Assembly: GCA_963665115.1 (NCBI GenBank) | Contig: OY762007.1 | Span: 8,224,001-8,288,000 of the forward strand | Direction: 5' to 3' | Source of the DNA: an uncultured Rivularia sp. | GTDB lineage: Bacteria; Cyanobacteriota; Cyanobacteriia; Cyanobacteriales; Nostocaceae | Length of the DNA stretch: 64,000 bases | In this document: piece by piece, positions 1 through 12,272 of the stretch | Layout: each line of letters begins with the position of its first letter | How positions within the stretch are numbered: the stretch's first letter is position 1 | Translations under genes and position numbers: made by a program | The notes under the pieces: model-generated | Databases searched by the model: none | Seen by the model: only the letters and a program-made list of their open reading frames with translations | Told to the model about the DNA's origin: nothing

Positions 1-1
1 C

Positions 2-622
2 GATTTGAAGGCACCACTCAGAGCGATCGCCAATCTTTCGCAATGGTTGGAGGATGATTTATCGGAAGTCTTGGAGCCGGAAAATTTGCGTCACCTGGAA
101 TTACTGCGTCAGCGAGTTTATCGCATGGAAGATTTAATTAACGGTTTGCTGCAATATTCTCGCATCGGACGTGTTGAGAATGAATTGGAAAAGGTGGATG
201 TTAATCGACTTTTAGCTCAAATATTTGATGAGCTTGCACCACCCGAAAATTTTACTATCGAAGTAAAAACTCCCATGCCTACCTTGACTACAAAGGGTAT
301 GATGTTGAGGCGAGTATTTACGAATTTAATTGATAATGCTATTACCCATCATAATGGTTCTGAAGGTAAAGTAGAGGTTTCTGTAGAAGATAAAGGTGAA
401 TATTACGAATTCGCAGTATCTGACGATGGAGGAGGAATTTCTCCTCAATATCACGATAAAATATTCGTAATTTTTCAAACTTTACAAGCCCGTGACAAAA
501 AAGAAGGTACGGGAGTGGGTTTATCTATTATTAAGAAGATTCTCGAAACTGAAGGAGCTACGATTACTGTAGATTCAGATGTTGATAAAGGAGCAACTTT
601 TCGTTTTACCTGGCATAAGTAA
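2..622 (+). CDS. Sensor histidine kinase, C-terminal HisKA + HATPase_c part (5' end outside window)
   Basis: DLKAPLRAIANL H-box tail, NLIDNAITHH N-box, DDGGGI G1 and GTGVGL G2 boxes; frame open from the window edge. Confidence 0.9.
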   Translation, partial: DLKAPLRAIANLSQWLEDDLSEVLEPENLRHLELLRQRVYRMEDLINGLLQYSRIGRVENELEKVDVNRLLAQIFDELAPPENFTIEVKTPMPTLTTKGMMLRRVFTNLIDNAITHHNGSEGKVEVSVEDKGEYYEFAVSDDGGGISPQYHDKIFVIFQTLQARDKKEGTGVGLSIIKKILETEGATITVDSDVDKGATFRFTWHK

Positions 623-647
623 TAATTAACAATGCCACATACAATTA

Positions 648-2454
648 ATGGCTATATTTACAAAAACAACTGCTATTTGGCGCTCTTTACCAGTACGTCA
701 TCGAGGTGCAATTATTATTGCCCTACCTTTTTCTTGTTTGATAATAACTTTAGCTATTTTGGTTTTGTCGAGACAAAATACAATTAAAATTTACGAAAAA
801 ATTGACTATACAAGAACGATAATTTTGGATAGCAATAGGTTGCTAAAAATTTTATTAGATGCTGAAACAGGTACTCGTGGCTATATAATTTCTCGGAATC
901 CAACGTTTTTAGAACCTTATAATGAAGCATTAATACAATTGCCAGTTATTGTAAGTGGTTTAGAAAAAAAAATAATTGATAATCCGCAAAAACAAAAATT
1001 TAAACAACTCAAAATTTTAGCCAACCAAAATATAAATATTTTAGAGCAACGCATTCAAGAGGTTGAACTTAAAAAGCAGGTTGGTATTGAATCTAGTCAA
1101 ACTGACATTTTGCTTCTCCGCAATAAAAATGTCATGGATGATATTCGCGATGCGATCGCAGTTTTTCAGGAAGACGAATTACGTAAATTAGGCTTGCATC
1201 GTCAAAATCTAGATAGGGACTCGGAACAATAACAATATAGTGTTATTTGTGACAGTAGCTATAAGCATATTCAGCTATGTAGGAGCAATCTATTTATTTA
1301 GCAAGCTTGATTGGCAAATTGAAGGGCAGCAATTGCAACTCCAAGAAAAGAAAAACTTGCTTGAAGGAATAATGGGGAATGTGGTGGATGGAATTATTAC
1401 CTTGGATAAACGGGATCGAATTGATAGCTTCAATCACGCAGCAGCGACGATGTTTGGCTGTCAATCTCAAGAAGCAATCGGTAAAAATATTGAGGTATTA
1501 ATTTCTCAAAGTAAAGATGCTGAGAAATCCCAGCTAAATACAAATATTTCGGCTACGCATCAAGGTTTAGCCATGCAGGCATTGGGAATTCGCAAAGTGG
1601 GTACAAATTTTCCGATAGAAATATCTATCAGCGATTTACATGAGGGTAATGGGAAAATGGTAATTGTTCGCGATATTACCGAACAAACCCAAGCACGAGA
1701 AAAGTTAGAAGCTAACCTTCAAGAATTGTCTCGTTTAAGTCTGTTATTAGCTAATACCAACCAAGCTTTAACTGAAAGAAATCAAGAATTAGATAGCTTT
1801 GCTTATATTGCTTCCCACGATTTAAAAGCACCTTTGAGGGGAATCGCAAACCTTTCTCAATGGTTAGAAGAAGATATCCAAAATGATTTATCACCAGAAA
1901 ATCAGCGACAATTTGAACTTCTCAGACAACGAGTCTACCGAATGCAAGCTTTGATTGATGGCTTACTTGAATATTCGCGGGTGGGAAGAATGCAAACAGC
2001 ATCAGAAAGAGTTGATGTTAGCAAACTTTTAGCAGAAATCATTGATTCACTTAACCCCCCACCAACATTTAATATCGAAATCGCTGAGCAAATGCCGGTG
2101 TTTATGACCAAAAAATTGCTTTTAAGACAGGTATTTGCCAATTTATTAAGTAATGCTATCAAACATCATCCCCGCAATAATGGACATATCAAAATTTCAG
2201 TAGAAGATAAACAAGAACTATATAAGTTTATTGTCAGCGATGATGGTGCCGGTATCGATCCGAAAAATCGAGATAAAATTTTTACGATTTTTCAAACTCT
2301 GCAATCTCGCGATAAAAAAGAAAATACCGGCGTTGGCTTATCTATTGTCAAGAAAATTGTCGAATCAGAAGGCGGTAAAATTAACTTAGATTCCGAGTTG
2401 GGTAAAGGAGCAACTTTTGATTTTACCTGGTTAAAATCATCGATAGAAGAATAG
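648..2454 (+). CDS. CHASE3-PAS sensor histidine kinase, split by a +1 frameshift at ~1216-1218 (ORFs 648-1232 and 1240-2454)
   Basis: TM + LLDAETGTRGY CHASE3 motif in first ORF; TM, PAS and SHDLKAPLRG kinase in second; removing one G from AGGGAC gives continuous LDRTRNNNNIVLFV. Confidence 0.85.
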
Positions 2455-2609
2455 TACCTCATCCGATAGGAATAGGTTGTTTGGTAGAAAAGCCTCACTA
2501 ATGGTCAAACACTGGCGTGCAGCTATCGGTTTACAATTCACTAAAGCACACTTTTAAAATGCTCTATTAATGTTTAGATAGACATTTGAAAGATTTATCC
2601 CAAATTATA

Positions 2610-3050
2610 ATGCTGGAAAAAGATAGGATAGTAAATATCTTACTTGTGGAAGATGACGAAGTAGATATTATGAACGTCGAACGAGCTTTCAAAAAAGCTG
2701 CTATAAAAAACCCACTTTACATCGCTAGAAATGGAATAGAAGCATTAGTAATGTTGCGTGGTGGAAATGAAAAGCTTATTGAAGTGCCTAACGAACGCCG
2801 TTTAATATTATTAGATATTAATATGCCAAAAATGAGCGGTTTAGAATTTCTCCAAACAATACGTGCCGATAAAGCATTAAAGTTAACTCCAGTGGTAATG
2901 CTGACAACATCCAATCAAGATAAAGACATGATAGAAGCATTCGACTTAAATGTTGCTGGCTACCTCTTAAAACCTGTAACTTTTTCTAGATTTGTCGATC
3001 TAATGACAACCCTCAATCGATATTGGGCTTCATCAGAAATGCCGAATTAA
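2610..3050 (+). CDS. Single-domain response regulator, Rcp1-like
   Basis: ILLVEDDEVD, LILLDINMP, LTTS, YLLKP motifs; ATG 2610 preferred over TTG 2586. Confidence 0.9.
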   Translation: MLEKDRIVNILLVEDDEVDIMNVERAFKKAAIKNPLYIARNGIEALVMLRGGNEKLIEVPNERRLILLDINMPKMSGLEFLQTIRADKALKLTPVVMLTTSNQDKDMIEAFDLNVAGYLLKPVTFSRFVDLMTTLNRYWASSEMPN

Positions 3051-3256
3051 TCAATCTTGCAATAATACAGAGATTACAATTGTTTATATGTTAATATTCT
3101 AAATGCTTATAATTACAGAAAATAAAAAATAACTTAGTTCATTATATATAATATTTTATCATTTTTTCGATGAGCTTTTAAACAACTTATAATAATTGTT
3201 ATATTTCATTTAATTTAATTTAATTCTGCATTCTAGCTCTTTGATTTTTAAAGCGT

Positions 3257-4468
3257 ATGGAAGAAACTCTAAATATATTAATTATTGATGATGACGAAGT
3301 AGATCGTATGGCTGTGAGTCGCGCTTTAAAAGCAGCAAAAGTGCGAATGAAATTGTCTGAAGCAAGCGATTATGCGGAAGCTGTTGAAATTTTAGAAAAT
3401 AATGACTTTGATTGCATATTTGTAGACTATCTTTTGCCTGGAAAAGATGGGTTAATCGTAGTACAAGAAATACGGGCTTCGGGTTCTAAGGTGCCGTTGA
3501 TAGTTTTAACCGGACAAGGAGACGAACAAACAGCGGTTGAACTAATGAAAGCAGGAGCTTCCGACTACATTACAAAGTCGAGAATTACCCCCGATTTATT
3601 AAGTGCAACTTTGAGAAATGTGATTCGTATCTATGAAGCAGAACTGCAAATAGAATTATTTAATAAGCAGTTAAGACAAAGTAACGAACTATTGAAGAAA
3701 AAAAATAAAGAATTAGAGGAGAAAAGAGAACAGATTCATATCCAAAACTTGAAATTATTAGAAGCTTCGGAAACAAAATCCAAGTTTTTAGCAACTATGT
3801 CTCACGAACTGCGAACACCTTTAAATGCGATTATGGCATTTTCTCAAATGCTACAGCGTAAAAATAAAGGCAATTTTTCCTCTTCTCAAGTGGATATGAT
3901 AGAGCGGATTCACGGCAATGGCAAAAATTTGCTCGCTTTAATCAACGATATTCTCGATCTCTCAAAAATTGAAGCCGGGGGTTTAAAACTATATCCTGAA
4001 GAATTCGATTTATCTCAATTAATAAACACCACTACAGATGAATTACGTTCTTTAAAATCACAAAAACAATTAGATATAAAAGTTAAAATAAACTTGGAAA
4101 ATACCAAGACTGTTAATGACAGAAACCGCGTTCGCCAGATTTTGGTAAATTTGATTTCCAACGCAATTAAATTCACCGATGAAGGAATGATTTTGATAGA
4201 AGCAAGCGAAATATCGGAATCTCATCTTGTTATAACCGTTAAAGATACGGGTATTGGTATTTCTGAAGATGATGTAAAACATATTTATGAACCCTTTCGT
4301 CAAATTAATCAAACAATTTCACGTAAATATGCCGGTACGGGATTGGGTTTGGCGATTACTCAATCTTTAGTCAAAATGATGAATGGTAAAGTTTCAGTTG
4401 AAAGCAAATTAGATCGAGGTTCGACTTTTAGAGTGGAGTTACCGCGTTGTATTGATGTAGAGGAATAA
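3257..4468 (+). CDS. Hybrid receiver-histidine kinase
   Basis: N-terminal REC (IIDDD, VDYLLP), coiled coil, MSHELRTPLN H-box, HATPase GTGLGL. Confidence 0.9.
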   Translation: MEETLNILIIDDDEVDRMAVSRALKAAKVRMKLSEASDYAEAVEILENNDFDCIFVDYLLPGKDGLIVVQEIRASGSKVPLIVLTGQGDEQTAVELMKAGASDYITKSRITPDLLSATLRNVIRIYEAELQIELFNKQLRQSNELLKKKNKELEEKREQIHIQNLKLLEASETKSKFLATMSHELRTPLNAIMAFSQMLQRKNKGNFSSSQVDMIERIHGNGKNLLALINDILDLSKIEAGGLKLYPEEFDLSQLINTTTDELRSLKSQKQLDIKVKINLENTKTVNDRNRVRQILVNLISNAIKFTDEGMILIEASEISESHLVITVKDTGIGISEDDVKHIYEPFRQINQTISRKYAGTGLGLAITQSLVKMMNGKVSVESKLDRGSTFRVELPRCIDVEE

Positions 4469-4719
4469 ATATCAACTAAAAATCAAATAAAAATAATTAT
4501 CTGGCAAAATTAAGTTATTACTTATCGATCTAAACAAATTATTTAATGTGTATTTAACCTTCCGGACTTTTTCGTCCGATTGACAACACTTTTCTCAAAT
4601 TTCAATATACAAATTAAAATAATTTTAGTTTAATTCAGTTTTTTATTGCTATTGCCTCTTATTACTACTCCCTACTTCCTCTTCAAAGCGATTCCTGATA
4701 TTTGAGATAAAACGTTATT

Positions 4720-5853
4720 ATGTCTTACAATAAACTAGCAAAAAAAGACCGTATTCTAGTAGTTGACGATATTTTTGATAACTTACTAGTTATTGAAACT
4801 ATCTTAGAAGATGAAGGATATGAAATAGAGATTCAAGAGAGTAGTAAGCTAGGTTTAAAAATGGCGGAAGAGTCTCCACCAGATCTGATTCTTCTAGATG
4901 TAATGATGCCAGAAATGGATGGCTATGAATTTACTCGTCGCATTCGTCAGAATCAACAATTACCATTTATTCCGATCTTATTAATCACCGCTCATGACAG
5001 CATCAGCGTTGTAGAGGGATTAGATGCAGGAGCGGACGACTTTATTCGTAAACCAGTAGATGCCGACGAACTGCAAGCCAGAGTACGCAGCCTTTTACGA
5101 CTCAAACATAGCATAGATGAACGCGACCATATGGCGAGTTTGCGTCAAGATTTTGTTTCTCGCTTCACCCACGATTTAAGAACACCTTTAGCAGCTTCCA
5201 ACCGGATTTTAAAATTGTTACGCGAAGGTCGATTTTTTGAAATATCTCCCGATATTGAACAGATTTTTACTACCATGATTACCAGCAATGATGACTTGTT
5301 GCACATGGTGAATAGTTTGCTCGAAGTTTATCGTTATGAAGCTGACTGCAAAAAAATTAACTTCGATAAAATTAATATTCACGATTTAGTTCGCGATGTA
5401 GTTCAAGAATTAACGCCTTTAGCAGAAGAAAAACAATTAAGCTTAAAATCTAATTTAGAAAATTTAGAAAATAATAATTCAGAAAACAGCGAAGTATATA
5501 CCATTTTTGCAGATCGGATTGAAATTAAACGAGTTTTAACCAATTTGATCGGAAACGCCATCAAATTTACACAAACAGGCTTCATTGAAGTTACTTTGCA
5601 ATTAGCAGATACAGTACAAATAAAAATTAAAGATACAGGTTCTGGAATTGCCCCAGAAGAACAAGCAATATTATTCGAGAGATTTCGACCTGGTAAGCAC
5701 AAAAATTCCGGTAGCGGTTTGGGCTTATATTTATCGCGTTGCATTATTGAAGCACACAACGGCTCAATTAATGTAGAATCCGAATCTGGCAATGGAAGCA
5801 CGTTTACAATTAGTTTGCCCAAATCAGTGGCTAGTACAGTACGGCGTAAATAA
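4720..5853 (+). CDS. Hybrid receiver-histidine kinase
   Basis: REC (VVDD, LLDVMMP, RKP), THDLRTPL H-box, NLIGNAIKFT, GSGLGL. Confidence 0.9.
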   Translation: MSYNKLAKKDRILVVDDIFDNLLVIETILEDEGYEIEIQESSKLGLKMAEESPPDLILLDVMMPEMDGYEFTRRIRQNQQLPFIPILLITAHDSISVVEGLDAGADDFIRKPVDADELQARVRSLLRLKHSIDERDHMASLRQDFVSRFTHDLRTPLAASNRILKLLREGRFFEISPDIEQIFTTMITSNDDLLHMVNSLLEVYRYEADCKKINFDKINIHDLVRDVVQELTPLAEEKQLSLKSNLENLENNNSENSEVYTIFADRIEIKRVLTNLIGNAIKFTQTGFIEVTLQLADTVQIKIKDTGSGIAPEEQAILFERFRPGKHKNSGSGLGLYLSRCIIEAHNGSINVESESGNGSTFTISLPKSVASTVRRK

Positions 5854-6051
5854 AGCACCCATTTAAAAAGTTTGAAAGCCTTATCATATAATACTTTTTA
5901 CTTCTTACTTTTGACTTTTTACTTCCGCGCAGCGGTACTAGTTAGCAGTTATTGACATTGAATTTATATTTTCTAACTCCTAACTACTAACTCTTCATTA
6001 ATTACTCTTATACTGTTAACTGCTCACTGATGACTGTTAACTGACAAAATT

Positions 6052-7383
6052 ATGGATGCAATTTTAGAAACAGCGAAAGAGTTACATTCGGAACTGATTG
6101 ATTTTGTACTGGATGCGGAAGGGGATTTAGCCGTATCTTTGGAAGCTTTTAGTGCCGAACAATTAGCTAATTTTTCTCAATCTCAATATCAAGGTGCGGT
6201 ACAAAATGAGATGATTCTGAATATGTTTCTCACTGAAGGTACGGTGGGAGATAAAAAGCCAGTTGAGATATTTTTGGAATCTCATCCCGATTTATCTGCC
6301 GAAAAACGCGATATTGTTAATAATTGGCAGCGCAGTTTTGCTGGTTTGTTTGCAGCTAACAAGATTTCGGATGATAGTTTTGAACTGAGAAACTGGTTAA
6401 CCGATAAACAATATACCGTTCATATTGATGAGAAAGAGCAACAACAATTGAAACGTGCTAAGCAAGGAGAAATTGTATTAGCGCGAGTTGTCCCCATAAA
6501 TGATAGTTATTGGATGTTTTCTTCCCCAATTACGTTGATGGGAAGGTTGGGTAAACCAAAATTAGCTGTAGCAATTGGAAATTTTAAGAAAAATTATAAA
6601 ACTAATTTATACGGCGATGCACCGGAATTACTCGAAGAAGCATGGCTTTCTGTAGAAAAATACCACCAAAGGTTTATTGACTTTTTCGGTAGCGATGAAA
6701 TTACTTTACCGGGATATCAATTAGAACAAAAACTGGGCGAACTTCAAGAACAAGTAACTGAAAGTAGATTGGAAGCGGCGGGAATTGATAGCTCAAAATC
6801 TTTCAAGGAAATAGCGCAATCTGCCGATATTTCCGATCAAGAAATGGCTGAAACTGTAGAAGAAATGGGTTTAGAGGGTAAAGCTGTGTCTCAGGTGATG
6901 AATAGTAACAAAAGCCTGAAAATGGTCATGCCGAAAGTAGAGTTACCCGCACATTTGAAAAAAGCAGAAGAAGTTACCGCATTAAGTTTTCCTCATCAGG
7001 GACAAATATTTTTAACAAACTATACGCAATTTAAAAGTTTACTGGTAGGTGACAATACCAACGAGCAAATAAATGCCGATAAATTGGTACGTGAATATTT
7101 GGAGTCTGCCGATATTAAAGCTTGTGTTTGGCATCGTTTATCGCAAGAATACCCAGAACAATTAGAGAAGCTGTTGCAACAAGTATTAAATCGCCCAGAA
7201 TTTAATTTAGAACGAGACTATATTGATTTATTGAATGAATTTGACAAAAATTTAAAGCTTGAATTACCTGAAGTTGCCAGCGTTCCTTTACATTTACACA
7301 ATCTGTTCCAAGAAGCATTATCGGAAGTAAAAGGAAAAAGTAATAAGAAGGGTAAAACTAAGTCTAAAGGAGGATTTGCTTAG
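6052..7383 (+). CDS. Hypothetical protein, 443 aa
   Basis: Long ORF with normal composition and Lys-rich KSKGGFA tail; no family recognised. Confidence 0.75.
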   Translation: MDAILETAKELHSELIDFVLDAEGDLAVSLEAFSAEQLANFSQSQYQGAVQNEMILNMFLTEGTVGDKKPVEIFLESHPDLSAEKRDIVNNWQRSFAGLFAANKISDDSFELRNWLTDKQYTVHIDEKEQQQLKRAKQGEIVLARVVPINDSYWMFSSPITLMGRLGKPKLAVAIGNFKKNYKTNLYGDAPELLEEAWLSVEKYHQRFIDFFGSDEITLPGYQLEQKLGELQEQVTESRLEAAGIDSSKSFKEIAQSADISDQEMAETVEEMGLEGKAVSQVMNSNKSLKMVMPKVELPAHLKKAEEVTALSFPHQGQIFLTNYTQFKSLLVGDNTNEQINADKLVREYLESADIKACVWHRLSQEYPEQLEKLLQQVLNRPEFNLERDYIDLLNEFDKNLKLELPEVASVPLHLHNLFQEALSEVKGKSNKKGKTKSKGGFA

Positions 7384-7584
7384 TAAGTATTGGTTGTCAT
7401 AAGTTAGGTGCTAATTCATACTTTTTGATAATTAATAGTACCTAAAAGATAATAAAAGCTTGATTTAATCCGCTTTCAACCGTTAAGACATCAGATTAAC
7501 TTTTGATTAACTTTTGCAAACAAATTATTTACTTAATTCGACTAAACTAAGGAGCAAATTTCTATTCCTCTCGAATATCAAGAT

Positions 7585-7628
7585 TACTTCTCACTATAGA
7601 TTTGCAAGTTATTAGAAATTGATAAATT
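7585..7628 (+). promoter_or_regulatory. Putative activator box TACTTCT-CA-CTATAGA + 22 nt + -10 TAAATT upstream of GlsB gene
   Basis: Same box-spacer-(-10) geometry at several stress genes in this window. Confidence 0.45.
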
Positions 7629-7673
7629 AGGAATAACGAAACGAACACAACTCTTGTTGAGGAGAATATAAGT

Positions 7674-7949
7674 ATGTTTGATATTATTGCATGGGTTATT
7701 TTAGGTCTTATTGCTGGTGCGATCGCTAAAGCAATCTATCCCGGTCATCAAGGTGGCGGAATTCTAGCAACAATGATTTTAGGTATTGTTGGTGCATTTC
7801 TTGGTGGTACTTTGTATACACTAATAACTACGGGAACCTTTGCATTAACTGCAACTGCTGGTTTTAACATTGGCTCAATTCTCGTTGCTATCGTCGGTGC
7901 AATGATTGCTATCTTCATCTGGGGTTTAGTCACCAGACGTGCTGCTTAA
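7674..7949 (+). CDS. GlsB/YeaQ/YmgE family stress-response membrane protein
   Basis: IIAWVILGLIAGAIAKAIYPG...LGIVGAFLGG pattern; GAGGAG RBS upstream. Confidence 0.9.
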   Translation: MFDIIAWVILGLIAGAIAKAIYPGHQGGGILATMILGIVGAFLGGTLYTLITTGTFALTATAGFNIGSILVAIVGAMIAIFIWGLVTRRAA

Positions 7950-8135
7950 TAGTTAAGTAAAGATTCTCTTCGCTCGCTGGTAATTCGTTGATGAAGATGG
8001 GGAAGCTAATTTCAATGTAGCTGAGAAAATGATTAATCGCTTCTTAATTGTTAATCCCCTTGCCAAGAGAATCGATTTTTTTTGTAATTCCCGTAAATAT
8101 ATCGGGCAAATAAATAGATATTCAGGATTGTAAAC

Positions 8136-8474
8136 ATGACTAATCAAGATAACAAGCAGCCTTTAACACCCGAACAAGTTGATTTTGAACAAAAGCGTCA
8201 ACAAAAACAAGAATTAGAGAACGAAGATAATAACGTACTCAACCCTGGGGATAAGGTTAATCAAAGTAAGTCAGTAGATGAAAAGGCAAAACAAGTTGCT
8301 GTAGATGCACCTGACATTACTGGAGATCATATTACCGTTCCTACTTATTTCGTTACAGAAGATAAGGAAACAGGTGAAGAAGAAGCATTACATCATGTTA
8401 AAGATGCCGAAAAGATTTCTGATGTAATTCGTGAAGCACGAGTAGACGAAGATGGTGAGCGAAAATGGCGTTAG
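8136..8474 (+). CDS. Hypothetical acidic hydrophilic protein
   Basis: 112-aa ORF with ATG, followed by terminator hairpin. Confidence 0.7.
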   Translation: MTNQDNKQPLTPEQVDFEQKRQQKQELENEDNNVLNPGDKVNQSKSVDEKAKQVAVDAPDITGDHITVPTYFVTEDKETGEEEALHHVKDAEKISDVIREARVDEDGERKWR

Positions 8475-8513
8475 AGCTTAATAAGGCTTTAACTACAAAA
8501 ATCATTAAACCGA

Positions 8514-8545
8514 TCTCTCGAATTAAATTCGGGAGATTTTGGTTT
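8514..8545 (+). terminator. Rho-independent terminator
   Basis: ATCTCTCGAATT/AATTCGGGAGAT stem followed by T-rich run. Confidence 0.6.
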
Positions 8546-8705
8546 GTATTTATATCTTTCACTATTACTTCGCCACATTAATGAAAGCGAGGCAATCAAG
8601 GTTCTTAGTAAGTGGCTTTAGCCCTTAATTAGAGGACTAAAGTCAGCACGTAAAACCTATCAAAATATTTTTTATTGAAAATAAAGATTACCTTTACGAT
8701 TAATT

Positions 8706-8774
8706 TATTTCTCAAGACATATTTTAAAGTTATTCTCAAGACGGAAGAATAAAACGAGTTTGATGAAATATGAT
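8706..8774 (+). promoter_or_regulatory. Tandem palindromic boxes (8706-8721, 8730-8745) + 23 nt + -10 TATGAT
   Basis: TATTTCT-CA-AGACATA and TTATTCT-CA-AGACGGA, starts 24 nt apart. Confidence 0.45.
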
Positions 8775-8818
8775 AGAGCAATCATAAATATTAATTTAAA
8801 TAACACTATTAAATAAAT

Positions 8819-9238
8819 AGGGAGGAAAAACAACTTATTACAAGTAACGAAAAGCACACAATTGCCGTAGTTTCAAGTGAAGATAATATTTAACGGGTTA
8901 CGCTACAATTGAAGCTCGGCGGCTTTCCGATAAAATAAATCTATCAGATTGTACCTCGTAAAAACCAATTTTATTCCAATATTTTAGAGGATTTAGAAAT
9001 TCCCGAAACTAGAATTGTTTTTGATACAAATAGTCTGCAAAGCGATAAACATCTGTTGGTAATCAAAAGCACCGAATCGCAATTTATACAAACTCAATCT
9101 GTTTTTAGATATTTAGGTATTAAGGATTGGAAAGTTTATTATACGCCAGGAACCGATCGTTTAATTTCTTCAAATCTTGATAAAATGGAACTTTCTCAGA
9201 ACGCGATCGATAGTTTTATGCTAAGCTCACTAAACTAA
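8819..9238 (+). pseudogene. Degenerate paralog of the general stress protein domain of 20700-21632
   Basis: GFPIK*IYQ...LEDLEIPETR...LLVIKSTESQ...LGIKDWKVY resembles NFPMTQIYV and LGIPEERAKVY...YLVVVKGTEAE...GIQEWGIY; no ATG start, in-frame TAA at 8936, upstream frameshift. Confidence 0.6.
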
Positions 9239-9359
9239 TTCTCTTCAAAGAGTTTTAGGTTTAATGATAAATTTTTAACCTCACAATGTACTACTGCTGT
9301 ATTCGTACAACAGTCATTCAACTTAAAGCAGTTCGCAGTAAAACTTGGAGAAACAAATT

Positions 9360-9950
9360 ATGAACTTTAGACAACTAAAACTTACTTGTAGTATTGTTAG
9401 CCTCAGCGCTGCTATCTTTGCTTTTGACGGAGTAAAAGCTCAAGCTCAAACCCCTCAAATCCAAGCGCAATCTGAAACAGCTAACACATACGTTGAGACA
9501 TCGAAAAAAGTCGCTCAATTCACACCTGGTGCTACTACTCGTTCTGGTCCTAGCTACATTGGCGTAGGTGGATTTTTAGGATTCGATGATGATAGTGCAT
9601 TAGGAGATGGTGCTTTTTCAATAATCAGCAAAATCGGTTTGAGCAGAAACTTTTCTATACGTCCATCTGCTTTACTTAATGACGATCCTGTATTTTTAAT
9701 TCCGGTAACAATTGACTTTCCTGTTGATGATGTTGCGGATACAGGTACTCAAAGAATCAGCGTAGCCCCTTATTTGGGTGCCGGAGTTTCAATTAATACT
9801 GATAATGATGCTGATATAGGCTTGCTGCTTACTGGTGGAGTTGACGTTCCAGTTTCTGATAAAATCACAGCAACCGGAGGAGTAAATATTGGCTTCTCTG
9901 ACGATAATGCAGATGTAGGATTACTTTTAGGTGTAGGTTATAACTTCTAA
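9360..9950 (+). CDS. Secreted/outer-membrane beta-barrel protein
   Basis: Signal peptide (AQA), amphipathic strands, C-terminal GVGYNF. Confidence 0.75.
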   Translation: MNFRQLKLTCSIVSLSAAIFAFDGVKAQAQTPQIQAQSETANTYVETSKKVAQFTPGATTRSGPSYIGVGGFLGFDDDSALGDGAFSIISKIGLSRNFSIRPSALLNDDPVFLIPVTIDFPVDDVADTGTQRISVAPYLGAGVSINTDNDADIGLLLTGGVDVPVSDKITATGGVNIGFSDDNADVGLLLGVGYNF

Positions 9951-10169
9951 TTTACAAGGTTAAAGGTAATAAGATTATTTTCAGTTTTTATTACCCATAA
10001 ACATTTTCTTGTTTTATAATCTTTAGCTTTGCGAGTAATTTTGACAAAGCGCAAAAATTTAGATTAATTGAGAAACCCGGCTTTTGAAAAAGTAGTCCGG
10101 GTTTCTTAATTATCTTGAATGATTTAACAATGCTATAGAAAAATTGTTAATTGAATTGCAGTTAAAATA

Positions 10170-10394
10170 CTACAAACCAGGACTTTTCGACTTTTCAATG
10201 TCTGGAACAATATCGGGACGTTCTTTATCTTCCCAACCTACGGGACGCTTAGAATTGTACCAAGCAATGGAGCCTATAGAAACTGCTGCAATAAAACCTA
10301 CCACAACTATCCCCGTGAGTGACATATAGTAGTCAGCCCTACCATAGCTATTGTCAATTAGCTCTGCTAAAACGTAGTTAAAAGAAATATTCAT
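10170..10394 (-). CDS. psb35: Photosystem II assembly protein Psb35-like
   Basis: GFIAAVSIGSIAWYNSKRPVGWEDKERP motif. Confidence 0.7.
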   Translation of the reverse strand: MNISFNYVLAELIDNSYGRADYYMSLTGIVVVGFIAAVSIGSIAWYNSKRPVGWEDKERPDIVPDIEKSKSPGL

Positions 10395-10661
10395 TGTCAC
10401 AGTCCAAATTTGAACAAAAAATTAGTTAACAATCCAGATATATTTCAATCAGAAATTAATAAAAATTTTCACATTTTTTGTTACCACTTGTCAATCTATT
10501 TTAGATTTAGAATTTTGCATCTTAACACCTAATGCCTGTTCTTTAAATTAATAGTTTTATAATTTGATAATTTTTAATTTTTAGTTTTTTCTATAGATTA
10601 CTGTTCCCTGCTCTCCATTCCTTTTTTCAAAAATCTAATCATACTGGGAACAACATACATA

Positions 10662-10699
10662 AAATAAAGGAGTTAGAAATGAATCTAACTCCTTTATTT
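10662..10699 (-). terminator. Terminator hairpin downstream of csbD
   Basis: Perfect 16-bp inverted repeat AAATAAAGGAGTTAGA/TCTAACTCCTTTATTT. Confidence 0.65.
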
Positions 10700-10781
10700 C
10701 AAAACTCAACAGTCCCATCTAATAAATAATAATCTACTTAAACACTATTATTTACCAATGAATTAATAGCTTAGTAAAATA

Positions 10782-10964
10782 TTAGTCAATTGCTTTTTTT
10801 ACTTTGTCTTTTGCATTTTCAACGGTTTGACGAGCTTCAGCTTCACCTTGCTTCGCTTTACCTGCTGCTTGATCTTCAGGATCTCCGGTAACGTTGCCCA
10901 TTGCTTCTTGAGCTTTACCTTCAACATTTTTAGCCGCAGCTTTTGCTTTATCTTCAGCGCTCAT
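10782..10964 (-). CDS. csbD: CsbD family general stress protein
   Basis: KNVEGKAQEAMGNVTGD...GKAKQGE pattern; AGGAG RBS. Confidence 0.9.
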   Translation of the reverse strand: MSAEDKAKAAAKNVEGKAQEAMGNVTGDPEDQAAGKAKQGEAEARQTVENAKDKVKKAID

Positions 10965-11131
10965 AATTGACTCCTTTAATTGATTTATAATTAACCAGTA
11001 ATTTGGTTATGTTATTTCTTCGTTTCTTTCTTACTTCATATATTAGCTATTAACTCTTGGTGATTCCTCTATCATGAGAAACTTTTTTAGACAGTTATCT
11101 ATATCCTTTTATATAGTTAATTGGGATGAAG

Positions 11132-11225
<94 letters not shown>

Positions 11226-11258
11226 GTAACTGCTCACTGTATGTCCCGAAAGGGACAC

Positions 11259-11299
11259 GCAATACAAATAGGTACGCTTCGCTAGCCGCTAACGCTAAC
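11259..11299. repeat. Small dispersed repeat (GTATGTCCC-hairpin...GCTAAC), related inverted copy at 30377-30406
   Basis: Shared GTGTCC-N4-GGGACATAC hairpin and GTTAGCG end. Confidence 0.55.
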
Positions 11300-11310
11300 A
11301 CTGCTCACTG

Positions 11311-12121
<811 letters not shown>

Positions 12122-12272
12122 AAATTTTTGTATACAGATTTAACCCTGCAATAAATGCTTAGCCCAAGTTCAAAATAAACTGTATTTATCGAAGTGCAAT
12201 CAATCAATAGGTTGAGTTTTCAGTAAGCAACGAGCAGCAATTAGTGAACAGTCACGAATAATTCTTAACTCT

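Noticed and set aside
9056..9238. 60-aa TTG-start ORF as an independent gene
   Set aside because: Better explained as the 3' part of the decayed stress-protein gene starting near 8819
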